NCBI RefSeq assembly: GCF_006345805.1
Contig: NC_042999.1
Coordinates: forward strand, 106,826,001-106,890,000
Direction: 5' to 3'
Source: Octopus sinensis
Taxonomy: Eukaryota
Length of the DNA stretch: 64,000 bases
Shown: positions 1-12,284 of the stretch, in pieces
Numbering within the stretch: position 1 is the stretch's first letter
Layout of the letters: every line of letters starts with the position of its first letter
Translations under genes and position numbers: made by a program
Notes under the pieces: model-generated
Seen by the model: only the letters and a program-made list of their open reading frames with translations
The model's database searches: none
What the model was told of the DNA's origin: nothing

Positions 1-499
1 TGTCAGTGAACAGGTAGCAATCTCAAAGCAATGAAAATATTTTGACAAATTAAATTTAAATGTTGAAGTGAATCTAACGGTTTTTGTGTGTTTCTTAAAT
101 GGCTTATAAACACCTTCCATGCTGCAATAGTATTTTATTTGACTTATAAAAACGTTTAATATACTTTATAGTATACTGTGGTTCCATAACGAAATACCAC
201 ATCCCTACAAATCATTAATATCAACACACTTCAGCTTCTAGTCTACATATGCATAATAGCCTTATTTTACTTATTCTAGGTCTGATTAAAAACTACTTGA
301 CTTGCACACACACACACCCCACACCCCACTGCTACTTCAAAACTGTCTAGTTATGCACATATTTCACTAAAACCTACATAATACATCAGAATATATAAGT
401 AATTACTCTTTTCTTATCTTGTAAATTGTATATCAACACCATAATTCAATGCCCAGCACTAACCACTATACCATTCTTATCTTTACAGACCATTTGGTT

Positions 500-770
500 A
501 GTCCACGTTACTCTATAAGTAGCATAGGGCAGATTTCTCAGTTTCTCGGTGGATATATTCATGCCAGGATGGAATGCCAGTCTGCCACAGGATTACTCAT
601 TTTTATCAGCTGAGTTTACTAGAAGAAAATGAAATGAAGTGTATCGCTCAAAAACACAATGCATTGCCCAGTCCAGGTATTGAAACTACAATCTTATTGT
701 CATGAGTCCAACACCCTAACCATAAGCCATGCACCTCTACTTACAGATCATTATTCCCTGGGAGTTCTCA
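500..770 (-). mobile_element. tRNA-derived SINE (degenerate)
   Basis: Minus strand reads GAGGTGCATGGCTTATGGTTAGGGTGTTGGACTC...GTTTCAATACCTGG (A/B-box-like tRNA head), followed by TGTGTTTTTGAGCGATACACTT (CORE-like body). A related copy is at 19035-19335. Confidence 0.7.
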
Positions 771-1012
771 TCCTGCCAACTTCTTAGTTGCAGCTACTGA
801 TTCACAGATGTTTAAATTAACCACCAACATTATCACTCTCATCATTCTTGGAAAGCTTATAAAGTTATAGTCAGAGGATTTTTTCCTTTAAGTAAACCTG
901 AACTAAAATTGGCTGCATGCTTAAGAATTTGACTTTGCAACTACTTAATTTCAAATTCAATTTGACTGTACTATACCCTGGGCAGCTGTCATCTCAACCT
1001 GAAGCTGATCAT

Positions 1013-1330
1013 TAGGGTGGAGTGAAAACAAAAAATTGTAAAATTGAAGATGCCTGAGGGCTAAAATGTAGCTATATTTGATTACTAGAAAGACACCAAA
1101 TTTTTGTTGAGATCAAGCAATGGCATTTACTCCCTCAAGCTCCCTAAACTCCGAAAATGGGTGGGGTTTGTAAATTTTTTACAATAGTGGAGTTTGGAGG
1201 GGTCTGAGGAAGTAAATGATCTTGACTGATCTAAGCAAAACTTTTGCATTTTTCTAGTAATAATATATAGCAAGAGTTTAGGCCTCAGGCATTTTCAATT
1301 TTCACAATTATATATTTTCATTCCACCCTA
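1013..1330. mobile_element. MITE-like palindromic element, copy 1
   Basis: Ends are TAGGGTGGAGTGAAAA and TTTTCATTCCACCCTA. Long imperfect arms (TGCCTGAGG/CCTCAGGCA, TTACTAGAAA/TTTCTAGTAA); non-coding. Confidence 0.8.
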
Positions 1331-1367
1331 ATACATGTATGTGTGTGGGTATATAGATTGTGCAATG

Positions 1368-1685
1368 TAGGGTGGAATGAAAATTTATAAATTGTAGAAA
1401 TTGAAAATGCCTGAGGCCTAAAATCTTACTATGTATAATTACTAGAAAAATGCTAAATTTTTGCTTACATCAGTCAAGAGTATTTACTCCCTCAAACCCC
1501 ACAAATTCTGCTCTTGTAAAAAATTTACAAAAATGCTCCGTTTTCAGAATTTAGTGGGGCTTGAGGGAATAAATGCCTTCAATTGATCTCAACAAAAAGT
1601 TAGCATTTTTTCTAGTAATTAAATATAAAAATATTTTAGTTCTCAGGCATTTTCAATTTTACAATTAAAAAATTTTTTCACTCCG
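1368..1685. mobile_element. MITE-like palindromic element, copy 2 (inverted relative to copy 1)
   Basis: Starts TAGGGTGGAATGAAAA. The asymmetric centre TTGTAAAAAATTTACAA is the reverse complement of the copy-1 centre. The right end is eroded (TTTTCACTCC). Confidence 0.75.
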
Positions 1686-1884
1686 ATCATTGGCTTATCT
1701 GTAGTTGGTAAAAGAAAACTGGTCAAACGTTCATAGTATATATATATATATATATATATACATATATACACATACACACACACACATATATATATATATA
1801 CATATGATAATTGTACATATGTATGCATGCGTTTTTTATTCCACCAGTTTATATTTCACTCAGTTGACGATTCATATATTGTGG

Positions 1885-2060
1885 ATACTTGGTGGCACAC
1901 CAGTGCTAGTGCCATCTTTTAAGATGTTGGCATTAGAAAGGACATCTAACTGTAGACATAGAACCTGGCAGAGTCCTCCGGCTCATCTGCTCTTGTCAAA
2001 TTGTCCAACCTATGCCAGAATGGAAAAATAGACATAAAATGATGATGATGGTGATGATGA
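1885..2060 (+). mobile_element. 5'-truncated RTE-type LINE 3' tail
   Basis: GTTGGCATTAGAAAGGACATC...CCAACCTATGCCAGAATGGAAAAATAGAC followed by (GAT)n. Same tail as the RTE copy at 41240-42035. Confidence 0.7.
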
Positions 2061-2484
2061 GGATATGTTCTAAGCTCATACTCAGCTCCATGTGACTTAG
2101 AGTTTTGCTTGTTCATAGGACACATCCATCTCATCACATGTTCAGAGGAAGTGTGGAAGGTTGAAAGAAGTTCAAGGTTGCTTCTAGGTGTTTAGGCCAC
2201 TATTAGTCAGCTAAGATTATATGGCATTAATGCAATGAAAGCTACTCCAGTTTAGATAACATTGCTTCAAACAAAGCATGCTACAATAAGTCCAAAAGCA
2301 CACACATACACACACACATATATATACACAGACACACACAACACACACACACACACACATATATATACACACACTTACACACACACACATAAATATATGC
2401 ATGCATACAAAGATATACATACATACATACACATATATATGCTCATATATATGTATGTATGTTTGTATGCATTTTTAAATTTCT

Positions 2485-2670
2485 TTTAGTCACTTGACTG
2501 CAGCCATGCTGGAGCAGCGTCTTTAGTCAAAAAAATTGACCCTAAGACTTATTCTTTGTAAGCCTAGTACTTATTCTATCGGTCTCTCTTGCTGAACTGC
2601 TAAGTTATGGGGACATAGACACACAAACATCAGTTATCAAGAAATGGTGGCAGGAACAAACACAGACACA
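2485..2670 (-). mobile_element. 3' half of the composite CORE-type SINE
   Basis: Reverse complement of the SINE 3' half seen at 33860-34050 and 44710-44925 (GATAGAATAAGTACTAGGCTTACAAAGAATAAGT...CAGCATGGCTGCAGTCAAGTGAC). Confidence 0.8.
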
Positions 2671-2677
2671 CAAACAT

Positions 2678-3090
<413 letters not shown>

Positions 3091-3101
3091 TAATATATAT
3101 T

Positions 3102-3164
<63 letters not shown>

Positions 3165-3326
3165 AATACAAATAAATGAAAGAATGGAGTTGAACGACGA
3201 ATTAACAAAATTCCTTTATTTTATTTTCGACATATGTTTCGAAGGCTGCATATTCCTAATTTCGAAGGAATAAGGGGTGCATTATGCTCCCTTTAATGTA
3301 AATGGTAACACTCTGAACTATTCTAA

Positions 3327-4316
3327 GTAAACAAAAACTATATCTGGTTTGTCATTCCTTTCGGGAAACAAATCATGTCTAACCTCCCTTTACAGTTCCG
3401 TGAAGCCATAGCCAGAAACTTTCCCAGAAATTCTAGGTATTACTCTACTATTAATTCGCATAAGGTAAGGATTGCATTCTCCAACACTAGGAATCTATCG
3501 CAGATCATTGCCTCCCATAATAACAAGCTGCTACATAAGGACTCATCACCCGGGAGTAGCGACACTGCCCTTACCAATTCCAACCAAACATACAATAATA
3601 ATAATAATAGAAATAGTATTGATAATAGCAACATTCATAGCAGCGTTGGCATTAACAATAGTAATATTAATAACAATATTAGTCGGATTATTAACAGTGG
3701 TAGTGTTAGTGGTAATAACGACAGCATTTATAATAACAGTGGTAGTATTGATGATAACAACCCCAGCATTCCTATAGTCAGGGAAATTACCGACGATAGT
3801 ACAATTAATAGTAATGATAATAATATGAATAGTATTGTGGTCAATGCTAGCAATAATATTAACACCAATCATAACAATAAAAACTCCGTCTTAGTCTCGG
3901 ACGTAAACCCTAACAGATTAAAGTTCTTATCCAGCAATTCCAAAATTAGAAATTCCATTTGCCAGTGCAAAATTTCTTCCGGTACCGATGTCTTCTTCTA
4001 CATAGGGGCAACTACTTCTAAATTAGCCCACAGGATCTCCAACCATTATTCAACTTTCCGAGATAAGAGAAAACAACACAGCACAGGACTAAGTAAAATA
4101 GTTTGGCGTCTTAAGGACAGTAATACAACTTTCAAGCTGGAATGGTCCATATTGTCTATATCCTTTCCGTTTGATAAAGGCAGAAAATTTTGTGGCGTCT
4201 GTAATTCCGAACTTTTCCATATTTTATTCGCCAAAGTCCCTTTAATAAATACAATGGTCGAGAAATCCTATAGATGCATGCACTGGCAAAAACACACCTT
4301 TCACTCATATGAATAA
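3327..4316 (+). CDS. PLE ORF C-terminal part: post-RT segment, Asn/Ser-rich linker, GIY-YIG endonuclease; RT domain lost by 5' truncation
   Basis: Frame open from 3327 (IWFVIPF...FREAIARNFP...KVRIAFSNTRNLSQIIASHNNKLL). It continues to FFYIGATTSKLAHRISNHYSTF...STGLSKIVWRLKD...CGVCNSE...RCMH, matching PLE post-thumb and GIY-YIG motifs. The ORF track starts it at ATG 3375. Confidence 0.85.
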   Translation, partial: VNKNYIWFVIPFGKQIMSNLPLQFREAIARNFPRNSRYYSTINSHKVRIAFSNTRNLSQIIASHNNKLLHKDSSPGSSDTALTNSNQTYNNNNNRNSIDNSNIHSSVGINNSNINNNISRIINSGSVSGNNDSIYNNSGSIDDNNPSIPIVREITDDSTINSNDNNMNSIVVNASNNINTNHNNKNSVLVSDVNPNRLKFLSSNSKIRNSICQCKISSGTDVFFYIGATTSKLAHRISNHYSTFRDKRKQHSTGLSKIVWRLKDSNTTFKLEWSILSISFPFDKGRKFCGVCNSELFHILFAKVPLINTMVEKSYRCMHWQKHTFHSYE

Positions 4317-4854
4317 TGATTAATATAGATAACCTCCTTGAATTTTAATAATATAGTCCCATTTAGTCAATTTTTGTACTCTTAAAGGACTACTACCCAA
4401 CCCATGGAGGTGTGTTTTTACCTTTGCCTCTCTAACTCGCCCTCCTCTCTCTCTTTCCCTCTCTCTATCGTAAGCACAATCAAACACACAGACACAAACC
4501 TGTCACTTCACAATTGTCTGTTTTTTGGCATCTACCCTTCCACACACACAATCACGCACACACATAGCCATTAATGCAGTTATATACATACACACACATA
4601 GGCACTCATTCACAAAAGAAAACAACAATATCACCATTCATTTGACCTGCACCCTTTACCTTCCTATTCTTAGGTCTCTCTCCTCCATCCTTGTTTGAAC
4701 CCTTGAACCTTCTAGAATCTTCTACATTCAACCATTTTTGACGTCACTGTTTATAACGGAATATTTTAAAGAAACACTCATTATCGCTATGGGCACCATG
4801 CGGGCAGTCATCTAAAAGTTTTTGTGCATCTTGATGCTGACATAAGTTCCTTAC

Positions 4855-4937
4855 TTTTCCTGATGAGAAGGCGACATAATGCACCCCTTATTCCTTTGAA
4901 ATTAGGAATATGCAGCCTTCGAAACATATGTCGAAAA
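4855..4937 (+). ncRNA. Type I hammerhead ribozyme in the PLE 3' UTR
   Basis: TTTTC-CTGATGA-GAAGGC...GCCTTC-GAAA-CATATG-TC^GAAAA: helix I TTTTC/GAAAA, intact core, helix II GAAGGC/GCCTTC, palindromic helix III ACATATGT, GUC cleavage triplet after 4932. Confidence 0.88.
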
Positions 4938-5140
4938 TAAAATAAAGGAATTTTGTTAATTCGTCGTTCAACTCCATTCTTTCATTTATTTGTATTTAAA
5001 AAAACACACAAATTTCCACACGATAGCACGTGATCTCTGCCCTAGGCATGTAGCTTCAACCGTGTTTTTCTGACGTGAATTTGCTACCCAGGTATCGGTT
5101 AACCGAATTATCCATAATAAGATAATTCATTCAACTACTC

Positions 5141-5184
<44 letters not shown>

Positions 5185-5189
5185 GACTT

Positions 5190-5315
5190 TATTCAGTTTG
5201 TTTGGTCAGCTTGAGCCTATAGTAGAAGACACTTGCTCAAGGTGCCATGCAGTGGGACTGAACCCAGAACCATGTGGTTGGTTAGAAAGCTACTTATCTC
5301 ACAGCCTATTGCATG
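5190..5315 (-). mobile_element. SINE 5' half (tRNA head plus CORE-like body)
   Basis: Reverse complement of GGTTCTGGGTTCAGTCCCACTGCATGGCACCTTGAGCAAGTGTCTTCTACTATAGGC, as in 33495-33660. Confidence 0.8.
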
Positions 5316-7474
5316 TCTATATATGTGTGTATACACATATGCTTGTGTTTATTTTTACAATTGTACAAAAGTGCAGCAGATGTCAGTTACTCCTATCCCC
5401 AAATCATCTGGGTTCTTTGTGCCTTTGAAGTAATGTGGGGTAAGTGACCCCTGAATTGAAAACCTAGCATGGATTAGTGCCTAGAAAGGCACCTGTTAAT
5501 GATTCTGACATGCTTATCCAACCCATGCAAGCATCAGGAAATGGCTGTAAAACAAACAAATATTTATATGTGCAAGGAAACAAAAATACGAACACATCTA
5601 TATGTGTATGTGCATATGAATGTGTATATGTGCATGTAAGATTGAGTATGTGTTTGTGTTTATTTATCAACATTCATAAGCAATGTTGATTTGTTTATGC
5701 CTCTGTATCTTAACAGTGCAACAAAATTAATTCAAATAAAACAAGTATCAGAATTAAGGTAAATTACCAGGGCTGATTTCAGAAATGAAAATCCTTTAAG
5801 ATAATATCCCAGTCTGGTTGCAGTCCAATGACTGAAACCAATAAAAGAGATATAAAGTTGAATCATTAGCTAAAATGTTATCTTTTGTTCTCCAGAGAAC
5901 TGAGAGAGAAAAAATCATCCTCAATGAGGTTTGAACTGCTAAATTGTGCACAGTAAACAAAATTGTTTATAGCATTTATCAATTCCAGCAATTTAATTAC
6001 TGTTACATCAACTCCATAGCCAGCTTATTTACAAGTTTGTGAAATTAGAGCTAAATGATGTAGAATGTAATAGGCAATTAGAAATAGGATTTTAATAGCC
6101 CTTAAGCCCTTCAGTGAACTTCATTGATTATTAAATGTTACAGTTTATAACATCTTAGAAAATATATTAAAATATGCTTAAGAAATAAGAGGTGAATCCG
6201 TACATGTTTAAAAAATATGCATTATAAATTATTTTGAATGAAAGTATTTTAAACAAAATATATATATACAAATCATTATGAAGGTATTAATGTAAAGAAA
6301 GAAAAAACAATATTCTTTGTGTTTCTAGATGAAATTTGTATCAATAAATTGTTAGATTAATGGGCAAATATTTCTGGGTTTATGTTCAGAAACATATGCA
6401 ATGAACAGATTGGCTAATGTGCATATATGTGCAGTGCATCTCACTGTCTGTCTCTGTCTGTTTCTCTCACTATAATACACACACACACACACACACACAC
6501 ATATATGATTATACATATCCATATATAGAAATATACATATATATATATATAGAAATATACATATACATATACATATATACTATATATACATATACAAATG
6601 TACATATATTATATATATGCATACATATATGTGCATATATATTACAAATGTATATATGTATATATAAATGTATTCAAATAAATTTGTGTTTGAATATTTA
6701 TATGCATGTGTGTATATGTATGTATATAAATGTACAATATATATATATATATTTATATTTTATGTATATATATACATACATACATGCATGCATTCATACA
6801 TTTACACATACATAACCACACACACATATAAAGAATATGCACAGGCACTTCTCTTTCTCTCACTTCATATATGTGTGCGTATGTAGCTATTACTCACTGG
6901 TTGTAATTGAATCTATCAAAACAACCTGATCAATCAATACATAGATAAAATATATTGTTTATAAAGATAAAAAGCGTTGATAAAAACATACAATATAATT
7001 GATATACGCAGATAAAATCTTGTATAAAGAAAGTATACAATGGTAAAATAAGAGATACACATAAATAATTTTTTTAAAAATAATAATGCAACATGTTAGA
7101 TGTAAAGAAACGATTTATATAATTCTGTAGAACTTTAAGTGGGTGTGAAAAAGTAAAACTAAAATCTTGAACAAATGCAGCTTCTTCAAATTTTTATATA
7201 CTTTCTATGTGCTATTCAAAATTCAGATAAGAATTATTTTTATGATCACATTAAACTATTAGAATGAAATATATATTTTTTTTATTATTATTTTTATTGT
7301 TGTATGATATTGCTTAACTCCTGTTCAGTTGTGATAGGGCAGACCTGTGATCAAAAATTGTTCTAGACATTGGAATTCTGTCTTTTCGTACATGCACAGA
7401 TAGATATCACAGGAAGTGCTATCTACTGACAAATATGTAGTCATAGATGTGAACGATAAGGCACAGACATAACT

Positions 7475-7755
7475 ATGTGGTTAAGAAGTTTACTTCCTAA
7501 CCATATGGTGCCTTGTGAGTGGATTTGGTCGATGAAAACAGAAAGAAGCTCATTGTGTGTGTGTGTGTGTCTCCTTGTTTTGACATCATCTGATGGTTGT
7601 AAAATGATTGTCACTGTCATACAAGTAGTATCATTCATTTACAATAATCTGTGAAAACATGTCTGGTTATAAGGAAATATTACTTGCTTGGAAACAGATG
7701 AGATTTGGTGACAGGAAGAGCTTACTATTGGTCAAACAACTGCTGAATAGAGAGG
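7475..7755 (+). mobile_element. tRNA-derived SINE with an RTE-like 3' region
   Basis: GTGGTTAAGAAGTTTACTTCCTAACC head, (TG)n, then TTGGTGACAGGAAGAGC, which resembles the start of the RTE tail. Confidence 0.6.
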
Positions 7756-7884
7756 CTCTCTCGATTTCTTACAGCTGCAAGTTATTTTGCCTTAAAACAT
7801 AAGATCAACATTTTCAGAGTGTGGAACAAACAGACAATTTCTTTAATGGTATATTTTGAGCATATGCTAACTATATTACCTTCA

Positions 7885-8685
7885 TACGAGGTTCGTTCAA
7901 GAAGTATCCAACTTTATTTTTTCCATCCAAAAACTAATGCCACATGAGCAAAGTCCTTTGTGGGGGAAGAGACACCACCCTTCCTGGGCATGCAAGAAGA
8001 TTTTTGCACATATAGGCCATGTCAGTTCCCGGCTAGTGTGTGCTTGTCAGATTTTCGTTTTCACACCAGATGACAGAATGCATCAAGCAGAGAAAATAAA
8101 CCCATGTCTCATCACAAGGGATGATGGTCTCTGTGAAGTCTGTGTTGTGGTTTGCCCAGTCCAGCATGTTCTGAGTAATTTCCATGCAGAGTTGCTTCTG
8201 CTGCTCTGCCAGCACTCTGGGGATGAATTTCACCAACACTATACACGTGTACAAATCCTCCGTTAAAATGGAATGCAGCGATCTTGTGCTTATTCCCACT
8301 TCATGAGCAATTTTCTGAATTGTTACATGATGGTCTTCCATAACTACCCACCAAATCTTCTCAATCAGCTCATTTTGGTTAGTAAATCATCTGCCTGGGC
8401 ATGCCTAGCTCTCCATTGGGGTGCGGTCATGGAATAGTCACCAAAGGCCTGCTGAATCTTCTGAATGGTTTGAGCTGGAGTATCACCAAGCTTTTGGCAA
8501 AACATGGTACCATATTTCTGCTGTACTCTAAGCATAACCAGAAAGTGATGCAGCCTATCAGTACAAAAGTTTTTTTGGACATGCACAGAAAGGGTGGCAT
8601 CATCTCCCATCCAAAGAATTGGGCCACACAGCATTAATTTTGGTGGAAAAGAATAAAGTCAGATACTTTTTGAATATACCACATA
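7885..8685 (-). mobile_element. Internally deleted mariner (Tc1/mariner) transposon
   Basis: TA-flanked degenerate TIRs (TACGAGGTTCGTTCAAGAAGTATCCAACTTTATT and AATAAAGTCAGATACTTTTTGAATATACCACATA). Transposase peptides QQKYGTMFCQKLGDTPAQTIQKIQQAFGD and EDHHVTIQKIAHEVGIS...VKFIPRVL...IIPCDETWVY (first catalytic D). Confidence 0.9.
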
Positions 8686-10613
8686 CTTAGAAGTAAAAGT
8701 AATTTATCTTACTAAACTTAGACAGTTACATTTTCTGAATTTCATTCTTGAAATAAAACATATAATGATAACACATATACAAGAGAATGTTGAATGGCAA
8801 AGCTTCATCTAATATTGCTGGAAAATATTTTGATATATGAAGTCAAATTTTGTGGCAGAGTCTATAAATTTGGTGGAGTTGATCCCTCTTCTGATAAATA
8901 AATGTTGCTGATAGAGGATGTATAGAAAGCAAAGCTAGATTTTAACTCTAACTAGAATTATTTTTGAGATGAAATATTAATGGCTAAAATTAGTAATCAA
9001 TACTACATGTTAACTTTACCATTTTCACTTTACATACAGCAATCTATAATATATGAGTGGAACTCTGAGATTACATCATCTGACAGTATATCAGAGTAGC
9101 AGAGATTCAAACAACTAATCACAAACAAATTCTATATTTTCTCTCAAATCACAAAACTCAGACTCAGCTTATTCAATGATACTTTTCTTTAAACCTTCAA
9201 AAGTTGTTATTTAGAAGACAAAATATGCAGTAAGTCTTATAAATAATCCACCTACATTCATAGGTGTAGACAGGAGTATGTGGTCAAAAAGAGCACTTTG
9301 CAGACTCTAGATTTAATTTCATTTTGTATCAAATTTGGTTCATGTTTTGCAGAATATTGTAGGTGTGAACAATATTTTGTAAGTGGAATTTGATCGAGAG
9401 AAAATATACAGAAGTCCAACACATATAAACACACACATCCACACTTACAAGCATGTTGTACATATATAATATGTGTGCATATCAGACACATAAAGCATGC
9501 ATAGATGACAAACAGACAGACAAATAGATAAATGGATGGCTGGATGGACGGATGGTCACATGACTGTGAGATAAAAGGTTTGCTTCCCAGCTACATGGTT
9601 CTCAGTTGAGTCCAACTGTGTGGTACTTTGGGCTAGAGTTTTCTCATGTAAAATTCGTGCCTAAAAGTTTTCAGAATTGCAGATACAGCCACGGTAAAAA
9701 GGTTTTCAATTTAGTTGTATTTAGTATAACTTCACTTATTTATGATTAGATTTTATTAAATCTTCATTAGATAAAAATAATTTCTGTATCACATTGAAAG
9801 CTTACAAAGTGTTTGTGTTGTTTTTGATAAACTTTATTTTACATTTCTTGCCCACAAGAGACTATATCCGATCTTTAGCATACTGCTGTATGTCTACTCA
9901 AATCCCGATCACAGGAAAAGTTGTTAAGAGTTGCCAACAAAAATAAAGCTGATAAATATGCACAGGTATTGCAAATTAAGTTTAATTACCAATAAACATC
10001 AGCTTGCATGACACTTTACTCAACTGACAGAGGAAGGTAACCAATCAAACTGATTATGTAAACAAAATTCATTTCCGCCTATTCTTCTTGGAACCTTTGA
10101 TCCAGAGTATCAAAATTTTAATCTCTTTCACACTTATAAAATGTCAAGCAAACTTAAAAGTTTGCCATTACCATTATTGTCAGTATGAGCAGAACTTGTG
10201 AATCAATTACTGTGAAAGAGAAATTGAATATGTGCTCCATTGCGATAGGTAGAAATTCCAAACAATTTAAGATATGGTCCAGACCGTGTTTACCAGCATG
10301 AACATCAGACTTCAAAGACTAATTAACCATTTAATGGTTTTAGTAAATTTATACAGAGAAAGTAAGCATTATACCATCCAGCATAAATAAAAGTCAACTT
10401 CATTATACATATTTAAGGCATTATTTTTTTCTGTAAAAACCTGTTGTGACATTAGATGAGTTAACTTCCAGTACAAATTTTTACGTTATGTATTGTCTTT
10501 TACAACAAAAAAAATTTCAAAAAATTCTGGAAACGATCTACTCGTAATTTATGCACCCGCTAAAGTTTATTTTTATTTTTTCAGAAAAAAGTGCGTAAAT
10601 TACATGGGTTTAT

Positions 10614-10654
<41 letters not shown>

Positions 10655-10704
10655 AGTGGGGTGCATGTGTACGAATTTGTGCCCTCTTGTCATGACAGTT
10701 GTCC

Positions 10705-11555
10705 ACAAGCTGGCTGTGGATAAATGTACCACCATGCATTTTGAGAGGAGAAACCCAGCATCCACTTACTCCCTCCACAACACTAATCTCAAAAAGTCTT
10801 CGTGTGAACGTGACCTGGGTGTTATTGTCGACAGCGATTTGCATTAGACAAAACACATCGCTAAAATTGCCAAGAAGGCTGAGGGTGTCTTGGCATCACT
10901 CACCAAGTCCTTTGTGAGCCGCTCTCCGGCTATCTATCTGCGGCTTTATATAGCTTTGGTAAAACCTCACCTGGAATTTGCATCACCGGTCTGGAACCCC
11001 TATCTTGCCCAGGATATTAATCATCTGGAAGCCATTCAGCGACGTGCAACTAAAAGAATACCCTCCATCAGGCATTTGCCATATTCTGAATGCCTTACTT
11101 CCCTGGGCATGGACACATTGAAACTCCAACGTCTGGCAGCTGACTTGGCAGACACCCATAAAATTATTAACCATCTTACAAACAATAACTCTGAGCACCT
11201 TTTCAAGCTCCATCCGTCTAACACCCATGGACCTATTTACAAAGTCAGAAAACAGCACAGCTCCCATGACTTCAGGAAACATTTTTTCACGCTGAGAGTT
11301 GCTGAAGCATGGATCAAACTGCTGGCATCAGTTGTTAGTTGTCGGAGCACTGCATCCTTCAAAACTTCCATGCTTTCTGAGATTCACCAACACTACACCT
11401 GATTTTCTCCCCTCCATACACACACAAGCATGTATCTGACTCATACATTGTTCGCTTTCCAGACATTTGTACATTACTGTATATACTTTATACGCACTTT
11501 CTGACAAGTTGTGGTGCACCTGAGAACTGTATACAATAATTTCATTATTATTAAA
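10705..11555 (+). mobile_element. CR1/L2-group LINE 3' fragment (RT C-terminus and 3' UTR), pseudogenised
   Basis: KCTTMHF...CERDLGVIVDSDL*...LYIALVKPHLEFASPVWNPY...LEAIQRRATKRI...FFTLRVAEAW; in-frame stop at 10845; (ATT)n tail. Confidence 0.9.
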
Positions 11556-11569
11556 TTATTATCACTGTG

Positions 11570-11750
11570 ATATAAGCAGTGTCATTCATTTCTAATATTC
11601 TGTGACATGTTTAGCTATGGAGAAATAAAACCTTGCTCAGAAACAGTTGAAAGTTGGCAACAGGAAGGGCATCTGATCAAAGACTATCTGCTTCACATTC
11701 CATCTGATCCATGCAAACATTGAATAGTGAATGCTAGTTGATGATGATGA
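11570..11750 (+). mobile_element. SINE 3' part with an RTE-type tail
   Basis: GTTGGCAACAGGAAGGGCATC...CCATGCAAACATTG...(GAT)n; upstream body matches 7610-7700. Confidence 0.65.
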
Positions 11751-12284
11751 AGCAGCTACTGTGGCTGTCACTTGCAATCAAGGATGACTGAATACCATGA
11801 ATCAGTCTTTTCACTTATTGCTTTTGATACCTACATAGTTGCTAGCAGACATAAACCCCACTCTCACCTCAACTCCATTGAAACATCTAAAATGTGACAG
11901 CTAGAGGGTGAGAGGGTTGCACCAACTTCTAGCTGGTATCCTTTTCAGTTGAGTAGGCTGGTGCAATACAGAGTGAAGTACACTGCACAGGGACACAATT
12001 TGCTCCATGGCCAAGGAATCAAATCAAAAGTCATAAATGTGTAATCACAAGTCTAATGCCCTTAGCATTAGGCCAAAAGCTTTCCCTTACACTCACACAC
12101 ATATTGAGTACATGAGTGTGTATGTGTATAAACATGCATTCATGTATGCATGTATGCATACATATATGCATGCATAAATACATACATAATTTTGAAATAA
12201 AACTGAACAATGACATACATACTTACATACATAATCATGAAACTGAACAATGATATACATACATACGTAGATACATACTTACGG

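Larger units (their letters stand above)
3164..5143 (+). mobile_element. 5'-truncated Penelope-like element (C-terminal GIY-YIG type) with an inverted partial terminal repeat, in (TA)n
   Basis: Contains a GIY-YIG ORF and an HHR in the 3' UTR. 3164-3286 is an inverted copy of 4875-4997 (123 bp, 1 mismatch). (TA)n on both flanks. Confidence 0.88.

Noticed and set aside
10180-10618. Possible pogo-like right end (AAAAAAGTGCGTAAATTACATGGGTTTATACAATA) and a weak SITVKEKL peptide
   Set aside because: No matching left TIR found and the peptide similarity is too weak to call.
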